Both the position numbers and the translations under genes were made by a program. DNA of 64,000 bases from Rhodothermales bacterium (lineage in GTDB: Bacteria > Bacteroidota > Rhodothermia > Rhodothermales > VXPQ01): NCBI GenBank assembly GCA_965116435.1, contig OZ220686.1:831456-895455 (forward strand), written 5' to 3'. Every line of letters starts with the position of its first letter. Within the stretch, counting starts at the first letter, position 1. Below are positions 1 through 10,135 of the stretch, piece by piece. The notes beneath the pieces are model-generated. The model had not been told where the DNA came from and made no database searches. It was given only the letters and a program-made list of their open reading frames with translations.

Positions 1-62
1 CTTGATGCTGTTCAGGTTTCGACAGAAAATACTCGAACGAACGCCTCGCAATGGACGTGCAT

Positions 63-1529
63 CTACTTGAGCAACAGCATGGGACGCGTCCATGTGCGGG
101 TGGGGGTTTCGAGGCGGTAGAGGTACATGCCGCTTGGCAGGCCGGAGCCGTCGAAGCGGACCTCGTGGCGAGCCGCCGGGCGAACGCCGTCTGCAAGGCG
201 GGCTACTTCCCGTCCTGCGAGGTCGTACACGACAAGCCGCACCGGCGCCGCCTCGGACAGCGCATACCGTATGGTCGTCCGGGGGTTGAAGGGGTTCGGA
301 TAATTTCCGGAAAGTTCGACGGAACGGGGTTGTTCGGCGCGCTCCGCCGATATGGGGCGATCGGGAGCGGGGGCCGTGCGCCCTTCGGGAACATCGTAGG
401 CGTGGTTCAGGAAATCGATGGCCGGGAGCACTTCGTTGCCCCGGTTGAAATCGAAAAACGCAGCATTCTCCCAGTGCGAACCCTGGCCCCAGGGTGTGGA
501 GCAGGATGTGGAAATCCAGGCGGGCTCCCAGTATACTACGCCTCCGCCTCCGCCGTCAAACACGGCCTGGGTCATATCCACAAGATACGCCTTCTGCCCG
601 GCGGGCGTGGCGGGATAGCCCGGTTCCAGCGCATCTTCGCCCAGAATATTGTTCGCGGGGTCCGCGCCCGCGAGCGTCCAGGGATAGGCCGCCTCCACCA
701 CCAGCAGATCGCGGGGCGCAAATCGGGAAACCAGCGCCGCAATGCGGTCCGACAGGTCCGACAGCGGCACGGAGGACCACTGGGCGTAATAGGAAACGCC
801 GAGGATATCGTAGTCCTCGACGCCCGCGCGAGCGGCCTCCTCGAACCAGGACATGGCGTGCTCCGGCTGCGCCACATGCAGCATGACATCGATGGGCGCT
901 TCGTGGCGGGCCGCCGCGTCCCGGACGGCCCGAATGCCTCCTTGCAGCAGCGTGGCGAGCGACTCCCACCGATCGCGGCTACCGTGGGGCAGCAGGAAGC
1001 CCGGATTGATTTCGTTGCCGATCTGCACCATGTCGGGAAGCAAGCCCTCCTCCCCAAGCCGATCCAGCACGCGGTGCGTATAGGCGTACACCGAATCCCG
1101 CAACCCGTCCACCGTCAAGCCTTCCCAGGCAACGGGAGGCACTTGCTTGCCCGGGTCCGCCCAGTGGTCTGAGTAATGAAAATCCAACAGAATCTGCATC
1201 CCGGCGGCTTTCGCCCGGCGTATGGCCCGGACGACGTCGGGAAATGCGCTGTATTCGGTCGGGGGCGTATGCCACAGGCGAATGCGCGCCAGGTTGGCGC
1301 CCCGCTCGCCGAAAAGCGCGAAGGGGTCCACCGTCTGCCCATCTTCCCGATAGCTCCCGCCGCAGTCCTCCATTTCGTTCACGTAGGACAGGTCCGCCCC
1401 CAGATACACCGGGGTCTGCAACGTGTCCGGGCGCAGGCTGGCCTCCGCATCCGAGGGCGCCCGGGCGCAGGCCGCAAGCAGCACGCACAACACGGGGAAT
1501 ATCCAGCCTTGTCTTACGAGCAAACGCAT
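63..1529 (-). CDS. Arabinogalactan endo-beta-1,4-galactanase (GH53) with T9SS C-terminal sorting domain
   Basis: 488-aa ORF. GADLSYVNEME...ANLARIRLWHTP N-terminal block and the VQIGNEIN and VVEAAYPW Glu motifs are typical of GH53. Lipoprotein-like signal (VLLAAC). C-terminus NYPNPFNP...VVYDLAGREV...YLYRLET...LLLK matches a Por/T9SS CTD. Confidence 0.85.
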   Translation of the reverse strand: MRLLVRQGWIFPVLCVLLAACARAPSDAEASLRPDTLQTPVYLGADLSYVNEMEDCGGSYREDGQTVDPFALFGERGANLARIRLWHTPPTEYSAFPDVVRAIRRAKAAGMQILLDFHYSDHWADPGKQVPPVAWEGLTVDGLRDSVYAYTHRVLDRLGEEGLLPDMVQIGNEINPGFLLPHGSRDRWESLATLLQGGIRAVRDAAARHEAPIDVMLHVAQPEHAMSWFEEAARAGVEDYDILGVSYYAQWSSVPLSDLSDRIAALVSRFAPRDLLVVEAAYPWTLAGADPANNILGEDALEPGYPATPAGQKAYLVDMTQAVFDGGGGGVVYWEPAWISTSCSTPWGQGSHWENAAFFDFNRGNEVLPAIDFLNHAYDVPEGRTAPAPDRPISAERAEQPRSVELSGNYPNPFNPRTTIRYALSEAAPVRLVVYDLAGREVARLADGVRPAARHEVRFDGSGLPSGMYLYRLETPTRTWTRPMLLLK

Positions 1530-1571
1530 AGCACAGGGCGCGTCAGGATAGTTTAGCGATTGAACTATCGT

Positions 1572-1608
1572 AAGAAAACGAGCAGACGCATATATATAGA
1601 GCGTCTGT
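1572..1608 (-). terminator. Putative rho-independent terminator downstream of the 1781-3871 gene
   Basis: Perfect 7-bp stem CAGACGC/GCGTCTG (1583-1589 / 1601-1607) with an 11-nt AT loop. On the minus strand it is followed by the T-rich CTCGTTTTCTT. Confidence 0.4.
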
Positions 1609-1780
1609 ATAGCGCGTCAGGACGTCTCGCGATAAAACCAGACCGCGGCCTGCCGTTCCGGCGCAGCGCGCCAAAAGGGGCGTAAAATCGAAACGCGGGC
1701 GACGCGGGGCAACCTTTTGGTCGCCTGATCCGCACCGCCCGCGTCCGAATGTCATGCCCGGATCGACTCCGGTGGCCCGG

Positions 1781-3871
1781 TTACTTCAGCAGGATCATGC
1801 GCCGCGTCAACATCTGGCCGGGCGTTTCGAGGCGATACAGGTACATTCCGCTGGCCATGCCAGAACCGTCGAAGCGCACCTGGTACTGCGCCGCCTGCTG
1901 GATTCCGTCCACCAGCGTAGCCACTTCGCGGCCCAGCATATCGTAGACCTTGAGCGTTACGTGGACCGCCTCGTCGATGGCGTATTCGAAGGTGGTCACG
2001 GGGTTGAACGGATTCGGGTAGTTGGCGCCGAGCGTAACTTGCGACGGAAGTTCGGCGGACGTCGGCTCCACGGAAACCGTGATAGCGGGATTCATCTCGA
2101 ACGGAAGAAGCCCCTCTTCCTGATACATGTCCGTGTCGAACGTAAACGAAGCAGGCCAGGACCCATCCATGTTCGGCTTAATATACCGGACCCGGTTTCG
2201 GCCTATATCGCTGAAACCACCGCCCGCCTCGCCGCTCTCCGTCATGTCGGTCGGATTGATGTACGAGTACTTGTACTGAAGACCGCTGTACGTCCCGAGA
2301 GGAACATCGTTGCGGGTCACGCCCCCGATATCTACGGTCGCGGTGTACACCTTGTCTCCGTCGGGATCCAGCAGATACAGGCGGCCGTCAGGGCGCCAGG
2401 CGTCGTCATCCATGCGGGGCAGATTCATGGTGAATTTCCAGATTTCGTCGTTGAAACTCACCACGACGGAATCCCGCGCGGGATCGAACGGATCGGCTGT
2501 CATGGGCATCAGCGCCGAGTTCATGTCCACATTCATCGTGAGCTTCACGGACGTACCGGCAGGGATGATGTTGCCCGCCGCAATATCGTTGAAATACTGT
2601 ACCCCGAGGTCCTGATTCTCCTTGCCTTCAAATACGGCTTTCCGGTTCGCGCCGGTCCGGGTAATGGGTTCTTCCCAACCGCTAACCGGGTCCACTCCGA
2701 AGGCCTCCTTGAAGTTATCGTCGTTGAAGTTGAGGTAAAATTTGTAGCTCAACTCAGCGCCGGAAACCTGCGTAAGCACGATGGGATTTTCGAAGGTCGT
2801 CGTGCCGGGCTCCCGCAGCAACTGGCATTTATCGGGGTCGCCGCAACCCCAACCGTTAAAATCGCCCCGAACCTCAAGGGAATCTGCCCGCACCCGATCA
2901 AATACCCCGATGTCCTCAAGCGGCTTGGTGTCCACGGTGAAGATGATGGAGCCCTCGACCAGCTCCCCGCTGATGGGGGCCTTGTTGCCGAAATACGCAT
3001 AATGCAATGTCGTGTCCGCTTCCGGAATGACGAAGGACCGGTTGTCGGTGCTCTCCCAACCGGGCATTGCTCCCGGTATCACGAACTTGTATTCCTGATC
3101 CATGCCTGCCGCAGATTTCGGGAAGTAGCCCACGCCCGAATACAAATCGTAACCCGTCGTTGCGGCCTCGCCGCTTTCCTTGGCCAGTTTCACTTGGGTC
3201 ATGTCATCCCAGGTAAGCGGGCCGCCCGTCATATTATCGCCTCGAACCTCAAGGGCCTGGTCCGCGTCGTCGCGGTCGTATTCTGTGGCAACGGCAGGAT
3301 CCTCGGTGTACGCAAACACGCGGAACCAGACCGCAATGCTGTCTTCGCCCGCGGGTTCGTAGGGGCGCCAGTCGTAGTCGTACGCTGGGTCTGCGGTTGT
3401 ATTGAAGAAGTGAAGGGTGCGTTCGACGTCGTCGGTACCCAGCTCGATCTTGTGGTCCATTCCAGTCTCCCAGCCCGGGGAATGCGGATCCTCGCCCGTC
3501 ACGGTGGCGAAAAACTTGAACAGCAGTCCGTTCTCGTTTGGAATCTGGAACGAAACCGTCCAGTAGTCGCCGCCGACATTCATGGGCCGAAGCGTGGTGG
3601 CGTCGTTCCAGTCGATGATGTTGCCGTCGGGAAGCATATTCGCACCGCCAACCTGCATGCCGTCGGGGGCCGTAAGCGTACCCCGCACCTGCACGTCGTG
3701 CATGGCCTTAAGCGTGTCCGGCGCCGAGGCCGTGTTCAGATGCAACGTAATGGTGCGCTGGGCCAGTGCGTCCTGCGCGCCGAAGCCCGCGGCGAACGCG
3801 AGCAACAAAGCATACATGAAGGGTGCGAAGCGGCGGAGGGTCCGCGCCTTCGCGGTCGTAAAAATGTACAT
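1781..3871 (-). CDS. Secreted multi-domain carbohydrate-binding-like protein (CBM20-like repeats) with T9SS CTD
   Basis: Start moved to the ATG at 3871, which gives the signal peptide MYIFTT...LLLAFAAGFGAQDALAQ. Repeated modules of the form VRG...W...L...YKF...GWE..NR resemble starch-binding CBM folds. C-terminus NYPNPFNPVTTFEYA...VYDMLGREV...YLYRLET...ILLK. Confidence 0.7.
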   Translation of the reverse strand: MYIFTTAKARTLRRFAPFMYALLLAFAAGFGAQDALAQRTITLHLNTASAPDTLKAMHDVQVRGTLTAPDGMQVGGANMLPDGNIIDWNDATTLRPMNVGGDYWTVSFQIPNENGLLFKFFATVTGEDPHSPGWETGMDHKIELGTDDVERTLHFFNTTADPAYDYDWRPYEPAGEDSIAVWFRVFAYTEDPAVATEYDRDDADQALEVRGDNMTGGPLTWDDMTQVKLAKESGEAATTGYDLYSGVGYFPKSAAGMDQEYKFVIPGAMPGWESTDNRSFVIPEADTTLHYAYFGNKAPISGELVEGSIIFTVDTKPLEDIGVFDRVRADSLEVRGDFNGWGCGDPDKCQLLREPGTTTFENPIVLTQVSGAELSYKFYLNFNDDNFKEAFGVDPVSGWEEPITRTGANRKAVFEGKENQDLGVQYFNDIAAGNIIPAGTSVKLTMNVDMNSALMPMTADPFDPARDSVVVSFNDEIWKFTMNLPRMDDDAWRPDGRLYLLDPDGDKVYTATVDIGGVTRNDVPLGTYSGLQYKYSYINPTDMTESGEAGGGFSDIGRNRVRYIKPNMDGSWPASFTFDTDMYQEEGLLPFEMNPAITVSVEPTSAELPSQVTLGANYPNPFNPVTTFEYAIDEAVHVTLKVYDMLGREVATLVDGIQQAAQYQVRFDGSGMASGMYLYRLETPGQMLTRRMILLK

Positions 3872-4156
3872 AGTCCTACAGGCTGAGTATGTGTACGTGG
3901 CGGGTGGTATGGCGGACAACCCATGCGCACAAGGCGCACGTTTGCCTGCCATAAAGGCTATAGCGAGAGTAGTTTACCCTTTTTTAAGGTAATGTGCAAA
4001 TTTTTTTGGGGAAACGTGTGAGGGGGCGGGCGGCGCGGGCGGACGACGCCGGACGGGGGCGGATGCAGTGAGCGTCCTGGGAGAGGGCGGAACATCGCGC
4101 CGTTTTATCGTACTATAAAATGGGTATATGCTATCCAGTCCCACGAATGCGGACCC

Positions 4157-4477
4157 ATGCCTGCACGAATCGACATACCGTACGACAAGATCGCCTCCTT
4201 TTGCCGGCACAATCATATTCTGCGTCTGGCGCTCTTCGGATCGGTCTTGCGCGAAGACTTCGCGCCCGAAAGCGACGTAGATGTGCTGGTAGAGTTTGCG
4301 CCGGACAAATCTATCGGCTTGCTCGGCATCGCTCGCATGGAACGGGAATTGAGCACCCTGCTTCGCCAGCGAGCAGACATACATACCTTCAGGGGAATCG
4401 AAGCAAGCCGCAATTATATTCGCAGGAATGATATTCTGAGTTCGTACGAGGTGCAGTATGAGCAGACGGAATCCTGA
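4157..4477 (+). CDS. mntA: MntA-type nucleotidyltransferase antitoxin (type VII TA)
   Basis: 106 aa. Minimal nucleotidyltransferase motif LFGSVLREDFAPESDVDVLVEF (GS...DxD). Overlaps the downstream DUF86 gene by 20 bp. Confidence 0.8.
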   Translation: MPARIDIPYDKIASFCRHNHILRLALFGSVLREDFAPESDVDVLVEFAPDKSIGLLGIARMERELSTLLRQRADIHTFRGIEASRNYIRRNDILSSYEVQYEQTES

Positions 4478-4799
4478 AGCGAGCTTGCTCGATATGGTTC
4501 TCCACGCCAGCGAGGCGGTGGAATTGCTTGGTGACGCAAGCCTGGACGAACTTGAGGGGAACCACGAACGACAACTCGCCTTGACACAGTTGCTGGAAAT
4601 CATTGGCGAGGCCGCCAACCGTATTCCCCAGTCAATGCAGAAACAATACGCAGCGATTCCCTGGGTTCGCATTGTCGGTATGCGTAACCGGTTGATTCAC
4701 GGATACGATAGTCTTGACCTTGACGTGCTCCGGGATACAATCATCAACGATTTGCCGCCGCTTATTGCGCAATTGGAAGATATTATCAAAGAATTGTAG
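4458..4799 (+). CDS. hepT: HepT (DUF86) RNase toxin
   Basis: 113 aa. RNRLIHGYDSLDLDVL matches the Rx4HxY HEPN motif of DUF86/HepT. Paired with an upstream MNT gene. Confidence 0.8.
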   Translation: MSRRNPEASLLDMVLHASEAVELLGDASLDELEGNHERQLALTQLLEIIGEAANRIPQSMQKQYAAIPWVRIVGMRNRLIHGYDSLDLDVLRDTIINDLPPLIAQLEDIIKEL

Positions 4800-4856
4800 C
4801 GTAGCGTCCGGGTACATCTCGTAAACTGCGCAGGCGGCCTCCCCCATTCGTTCTCT

Positions 4857-6080
4857 TCAAAACCGCATGGTCAGGGTGAAGCGGTTTACGGCGTTGAAGT
4901 ATTCGTGTTGCTCGAAGGCGTAATCCATTCCGAAATGGATGGGGGCGAACTGGTAGCGCAGCCCGCCGCCGAGCGTAAAGGAGCGCAGGCTGTTCTCCAG
5001 CAGCAACTCGCTGTACCCGGCCCGAAACATAATCAGATCCCCCAGCAAGCCGACCTCTGCGCCGGCGTTCAGATATTGTTCGCTGTTGTTGGGGTTGAGG
5101 GCGTCTACGGAAAGCGTAAGGCGGTTGCCGCCGCGCTGGAACACTTCCCCGGCCAGCCCGATGCGCATGATGAGCGGCAAATCGAAGCGGTCGGTCTTGA
5201 GCAGGGCGCGGTTGCTCTCGTTGTTGCCCCGGTTGCCGGGGTCCACATCCACGCGGGCCAGCAGATCGTCCCCGGCTATTTGCAGTTTCGAGCCGAAGTT
5301 GCTGATGGACGCCCCGAGGCGCACCCCCCGGAACGGCGTCTCGAACTGCGTGCCGACGTCGAAGGCCAGGCCGCCGGAGGACGAATTCCAGATGCGCTCC
5401 TGAATCCATTTGACGGAACCGCCGATGGCGAACCGGTCCGTGAGCGCCCGCGCATAGGTCACAGCGGCGGCCCAGGAAGCGGCGTTGAACGTTTCGCCCG
5501 TGCCGTCCTGCATAGCCACGGTGGTCACTTCCATTTCCGGGGTGCGCATGACGGTCAGGCCCAGTCCGACCACCCCGAACCGGCTCGGGATCGCTATGGC
5601 CATGAAATTGAAATCGATGGCGGCGAGCCATTCGGCGTATTCGCCAGTGAAACTCACCTCTTCCACGGCAGCCATGCCCGCCGGATTCCAGTATATGGCG
5701 ATGGGGTCGGAAACCGTGGCCGTGATGGCGCCGCCCAGCGCGGTGGCGCGCGCGCCTACGGGAATGCCGAGAAAATCAGCCGCCGTCGTGCCCCGCTTGG
5801 TGACGGTGCGGGTCTGGCTGTCGAAATCCTGTTGCGCGAAGGCGGGCGCGGACGAAACAAGCACGGCGGCCAACCACAGGATCGCAGCGAGGCGGGGCTT
5901 CGCACGGAGAGGCGCAGCGAGGCGAGGCGCGGCGAACAGTCCGGTTCGTACGACCTTCTCGCGCAGGATTTTTCCGCAAGACGGACGCGGCGGGGCCGAC
6001 GCGGACGCAGAAAACAAGCGCCAGAACGCGCAGAAAGGCATTGCGGGTATGCGGCGCAATATGTTCCGGGTCCTTTTCAT
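4857..6080 (-). CDS. PorV/PorQ-family outer-membrane beta-barrel (T9SS-associated)
   Basis: AADFLGIPVGARATALGGAITATVSDPIAIYWNPAGMA block and C-terminal ...FTLTMRF are typical of PorV/UPF0164-type barrels. The start is uncertain: ATG at 6080 or 6041. The signal-like segment LAAILWLAAVLVSSAPAFAQQ lies about 50 aa in. Confidence 0.65.
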   Translation of the reverse strand: MKRTRNILRRIPAMPFCAFWRLFSASASAPPRPSCGKILREKVVRTGLFAAPRLAAPLRAKPRLAAILWLAAVLVSSAPAFAQQDFDSQTRTVTKRGTTAADFLGIPVGARATALGGAITATVSDPIAIYWNPAGMAAVEEVSFTGEYAEWLAAIDFNFMAIAIPSRFGVVGLGLTVMRTPEMEVTTVAMQDGTGETFNAASWAAAVTYARALTDRFAIGGSVKWIQERIWNSSSGGLAFDVGTQFETPFRGVRLGASISNFGSKLQIAGDDLLARVDVDPGNRGNNESNRALLKTDRFDLPLIMRIGLAGEVFQRGGNRLTLSVDALNPNNSEQYLNAGAEVGLLGDLIMFRAGYSELLLENSLRSFTLGGGLRYQFAPIHFGMDYAFEQHEYFNAVNRFTLTMRF

Positions 6081-6100
6081 CGGGGATGATTTGATGCGCG

Positions 6101-9100
6101 TCACTTGATAATCGCAAACGTGCCGGTGTGCTCGCCGACGCCGGGCGCTTCCACATGATATATATATACGCCGTACGCAGCGGACAATCCTTCTTCGCTT
6201 TGCAGGTTCCATTCCAGCGTGCCGTCCAGCAGGGACGCCGGATCGAGGCCGTCGTTGCCGCCCTCGGAAAGGCGAAGCGTGCGCACGAGGCGCCCGCTTA
6301 CCGTATAGATGCGGACCGTGGCTTGCGGAGGCAGGTGAATGAACTTGATGACGCGCGGCCCGCGGCCCGTGCTGAACGGGTTAAGCCCTTCGAACGAATT
6401 GGTCGCTACGTAGGGGTTGGGCACGACGCGAATCTGGTCCAGCATATCCCGGGCCGCCTCCAGGTCCACTCCGGGGCCGGTGGCGGTAAATTCAAACGCA
6501 TCGGTGGCGAGAAACGGCTTTCGGGTGATGATGGTGACGACGTCGCCCTCTTGCGGATCGCGGTGGTCTCCGAACACAAAATTGAGGCCGATGCGCCAGG
6601 TAATGACGGGATCGCCGTCGTCGTCGCCCACCTTGGTTTCCCGAATCACGATAAAATCGCTCTCGCCAATGCCTGCATCGGCGGTCCAGGAGGCGGCGGC
6701 GGTCGAAACGGACGAGACGAAATCGGCGCCAGTGATGTCCCAAAAGGCATATTCGACCGGAACCTCCGTACCGTCCGGGAGCAAACGATACACCTCTATG
6801 TTCGTCGGACGGGCAGGCAGCGTAAGCCGCCGGGTGACCTGCATTTCAATGGATTGTCCCTGTCCGGCGCCAACCACCTTCACCCGGTAATCGAACGGAT
6901 TGCGCAAGCCGCGCACGAACCCGGCGGACGTATGCGGGTCCAGGGAGACGGGATAAATGTCGTCGCTGTTCCAGGCCGTTTCCGCCTTGTTGAGCAGAAT
7001 GAATGGTTCGGGGAAAAACGACAGGCTGAACCCGATGGGATCGCCGTCGTCGGCCAGCAAGGGAAATTCCCTCCCGGAGCGAAACGCGGTGGAGCGGCGC
7101 AGCAACGTGTCGTCCGCCGTAATGTCCACGAGCGAGAAATTTTTGGTCGTCAGGGTGTCGGGACTGAAGCGCCCGCCGGAGATGAGCGTGTCCTCGAACA
7201 CGATGCGGAACCGGCGATTGTCGGCAATAGCAACCGGATCGATAATGTTGTAGAGGATGCGGCTGCTTGTAGTCCCCGCCACGCGCTCCATCTCCCCGAG
7301 CGTGGGGTCTACGTAGCCAGCCACGGGCGCGGCGGGCGCGATTTCCACTACATTGGGGCCGGTCCGGATGGAGCCGTCCGGGAGCCGCTGAATGCGGATG
7401 GGGGTTTCGGTAGGCGGAATATTGTCCTCTGCGGAACCGTAGTCGTAGGCCGTGACGGCGTAGAAATACGTCACGCCGTTCGTCACGTCGTCGTCCACGA
7501 AAAGATGCGCGAGGCCGTTGCTCCCTTCGCCGGGGCTGACGCGGTTGTCTCCCAAATAGAACTGGATGCCGTTGATGTCCACCGGATGGAACCCGCCGAA
7601 CCCGTCGATGAGGTCGAATTGCGCGATGGGCTTGCGCAAAAGCCGGTTGCCGAACCCGTCCGTAATGATCTGCGGGTCGAGGAAGGCCGGGTCCGTGGAG
7701 CGATAGATGCGGTACCCCTCGAAATCGTTCGGCTCGCGCCCGAGGCCCGCCAGGAACTGGTCGTAGGACTGCTCCGAAATCGCATCCCAGTAGAGCGTCA
7801 CCTTGCCGTCGCCGGGGACAGCGCGCAGCGTGGGCGTGATGGGCGCCTGGGCGAACTGGTAATCTTCGTGGTAGGCCTGGAGCGCATAATCCCTCGACTG
7901 GAGCGCTTCCTCCTGGGTCCCTCCCATCACGACCGCCAGCGAAATGCGTTCGGTCTGGCCCGCCTTGAGCGGGAAAATGCCGCTGGACACCGTGATGTCG
8001 GTGTCGCCGGGATCGGGCAGTTCCGTGTCGAAATTGCCCGGCAACATGAAGCGGCGGAACAGGTATCGGTCGGAGGAACTGCCGATCCCGAGGGTCCCCG
8101 CGCCGAAAATGCGCACGTTCGTGATGCCGATCTGGTCCGATTCGGAAATATCCGTCACGTCGATGTTGCGTTCCCCGGGAAAGCCCGTGCCGGCGCCGGA
8201 CGTGGGCATGGCGTCGTTGTCGCCGGGATCGCCGTTGAACGCCACCCCGTCCAGTCCCGTGTCGTTGAGGTAGCGGTTCCAGTCCTTGTCGTTGTCTATC
8301 CCGTCGGCCCGGCTCTCGTCGATCATTTCGTCGATGTCCTCGTCGATGCCTTCGTCCACGGCGCCGTCGTTGTCGTTGTCCACGCCGTCCGCATAGGCCT
8401 TGCCCACGTCCTCAGGCCCCACATCGTACAGCACGATCCCGGCGCCGGGGACGCGATACCGCCGGTACAGGTCGGAGGCGGCGGCGTCCGCCATTGCCTG
8501 CGTAACGGTGGGCGACCCCGGTTCGGCGAGGTAATTCGACGCATCGAGGTGCGTATCGTTGTTGTCGATCCCGTCCCGAAACGCACGACCCACGTCGTCC
8601 TCCTCCACGCCCACAAGATGGACTTCCCGCACGCCCGGGTCCGTGGCCAGCACGGGCGGCCACCGGCGCCAATGGTCCGACGCAGCCTGCGCCGCCATGG
8701 CCTCGGTAACCACCGGGCTGCCTGCTTCCCCGTCCCCGTCGTTGTCGATATAATCCGCATACCCCACCCCCGACTGCGGGATGCCGCTGGCCGTCACGAA
8801 CGGCACGTGCGTTCCGTTCTCGTCGATCAGGCCGTTGCCGTTGTCGTCGAGGGCGTTGGTGGGATTCTCGCCCTGCAGGAACGAGGGGGGAATCACCGGG
8901 CTGTTGCATTCGCTGATCACGGGATTGCAGGTCTCGGAGGTGGAGCCGTCCCCGTCGTTGTCGATGCGGTCCACGGCGTTGCCGGGCGATTCGAGGAATG
9001 CGAACGTGGCCACGCCCACCGGATCTGCCCCGAAAAATTCGTTCCCCACGCCGTCCAGGTCCGTCATGAAGGCGACGTCCTCCAGCAAGTCAAAGTAGGG

Positions 9101-9913
9101 TATGTCGTCGCTGCAATCGCCGCCGACGCAATCCGCCAGCCACATGGACAGGCCCGCCTTGCGAATATCGCGGGTGCCGTCGTTCTTCGCCCCGTGAATG
9201 AAAAAGACCACGTCCTGAATGAGAATCTGGCTCCAGGCCAACACCCGCACCTCGGCGACCAGACCCATCCCGCGGCGGCTGAGGTCGGTCGAATCGGGAA
9301 AATAGGTCGGGTATCTGTCGTACTGGTCGTCGCCGATCTTGTAGAAAAATTCCTGGTCGGCGTTGAACACATCCTTCCCGAAAAAGCCGTTCCAGGAGTT
9401 GCTCCAGCCCGGGTCCTGTGCGTCGCCGAGCTTGTCCGGCCAGGCGGCGGGCCAGGAGGTCGGCTCGTCTGATTGCGCAATGCCGTATTCGGCGCCCGCC
9501 GGATTCACGTATCCCTTAATGGGCTCGAACGTCCACGAAATGTTGTCGTTGACGGGATTCCCCCGAAAATCGGCCACATCCACGACCCACAGCGTGTCGT
9601 TGTTGGCGTCCTCCACCTCGGCGCCTACCCACAGCTGGGTCAGGGCCACATAGCGGCGGCCTGTGTTCTTGGGCCATTCGTACCAGAAATCTCCCGGATC
9701 CCCGGACTGCCCGGACTGCGCCCAGTTCGTAATGGTGGTGCGGACGTTGTTTGCGTCGATGTTGTCGCGGCGGCGCTCGAACGGATCGACGCGCTCCGTG
9801 CCGGGCACATGGTTCCGGTCGATGACGCCCTGGGCCTGCGCCGCGCCCACGAGCGGTTCGGACCACGGGGCCAGCGCCAGCGGCAACGCCAGCACGACCA
9901 GCGCAGCGGCCAT
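6101..9913 (-). CDS. Giant secreted Ca-binding-repeat protein (DxDxDG / thrombospondin-type-3-like repeats) with CTD-like C-terminus
   Basis: Start moved to the ATG at 9913 (signal MAAALVVLALPLALAP...AAQAQ). Many DNDGDG, DDNGNGLIDE, DGIDNDKD and DGVDNDNDGAVDEGIDEDIDE motifs. C-terminal beta-sandwich-like tail VRIYTVSGRLVRTL...YGVYIYHVEA...FAIIK. Confidence 0.75.
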   Translation of the reverse strand: MAAALVVLALPLALAPWSEPLVGAAQAQGVIDRNHVPGTERVDPFERRRDNIDANNVRTTITNWAQSGQSGDPGDFWYEWPKNTGRRYVALTQLWVGAEVEDANNDTLWVVDVADFRGNPVNDNISWTFEPIKGYVNPAGAEYGIAQSDEPTSWPAAWPDKLGDAQDPGWSNSWNGFFGKDVFNADQEFFYKIGDDQYDRYPTYFPDSTDLSRRGMGLVAEVRVLAWSQILIQDVVFFIHGAKNDGTRDIRKAGLSMWLADCVGGDCSDDIPYFDLLEDVAFMTDLDGVGNEFFGADPVGVATFAFLESPGNAVDRIDNDGDGSTSETCNPVISECNSPVIPPSFLQGENPTNALDDNGNGLIDENGTHVPFVTASGIPQSGVGYADYIDNDGDGEAGSPVVTEAMAAQAASDHWRRWPPVLATDPGVREVHLVGVEEDDVGRAFRDGIDNNDTHLDASNYLAEPGSPTVTQAMADAAASDLYRRYRVPGAGIVLYDVGPEDVGKAYADGVDNDNDGAVDEGIDEDIDEMIDESRADGIDNDKDWNRYLNDTGLDGVAFNGDPGDNDAMPTSGAGTGFPGERNIDVTDISESDQIGITNVRIFGAGTLGIGSSSDRYLFRRFMLPGNFDTELPDPGDTDITVSSGIFPLKAGQTERISLAVVMGGTQEEALQSRDYALQAYHEDYQFAQAPITPTLRAVPGDGKVTLYWDAISEQSYDQFLAGLGREPNDFEGYRIYRSTDPAFLDPQIITDGFGNRLLRKPIAQFDLIDGFGGFHPVDINGIQFYLGDNRVSPGEGSNGLAHLFVDDDVTNGVTYFYAVTAYDYGSAEDNIPPTETPIRIQRLPDGSIRTGPNVVEIAPAAPVAGYVDPTLGEMERVAGTTSSRILYNIIDPVAIADNRRFRIVFEDTLISGGRFSPDTLTTKNFSLVDITADDTLLRRSTAFRSGREFPLLADDGDPIGFSLSFFPEPFILLNKAETAWNSDDIYPVSLDPHTSAGFVRGLRNPFDYRVKVVGAGQGQSIEMQVTRRLTLPARPTNIEVYRLLPDGTEVPVEYAFWDITGADFVSSVSTAAASWTADAGIGESDFIVIRETKVGDDDGDPVITWRIGLNFVFGDHRDPQEGDVVTIITRKPFLATDAFEFTATGPGVDLEAARDMLDQIRVVPNPYVATNSFEGLNPFSTGRGPRVIKFIHLPPQATVRIYTVSGRLVRTLRLSEGGNDGLDPASLLDGTLEWNLQSEEGLSAAYGVYIYHVEAPGVGEHTGTFAIIK

Positions 9914-9959
9914 GCGCGCGAACGTCCGGTCGGCCCGAAGCGCCGTCAAACAGGTTTGT

Positions 9960-9999
9960 ATTGTGAATTTATTGTGAATAACATTGCGGGTAACATTGC
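9960..9999. promoter_or_regulatory. Paired short direct repeats upstream of the giant protein gene
   Basis: ATTGTGAAT x2 (9960-9968, 9971-9979) and TAACATTGC x2 (9979-9987, 9991-9999). They sit in an AT-rich 223-bp intergenic region, 50-90 bp upstream of the 9913 start. Confidence 0.3.
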
Positions 10000-10135
10000 A
10001 AATAACGCGGTGATTAACGCTACCGGGACTGCGAATAGCATCCCGCCGCGAAAATATCCTTCCGGAAAAGCGGCGCACCAAGCCGGCCGGGCGCGTCAGG
10101 GGAGGATATGTCATGGGTAGCCGCATCCGCGTATC

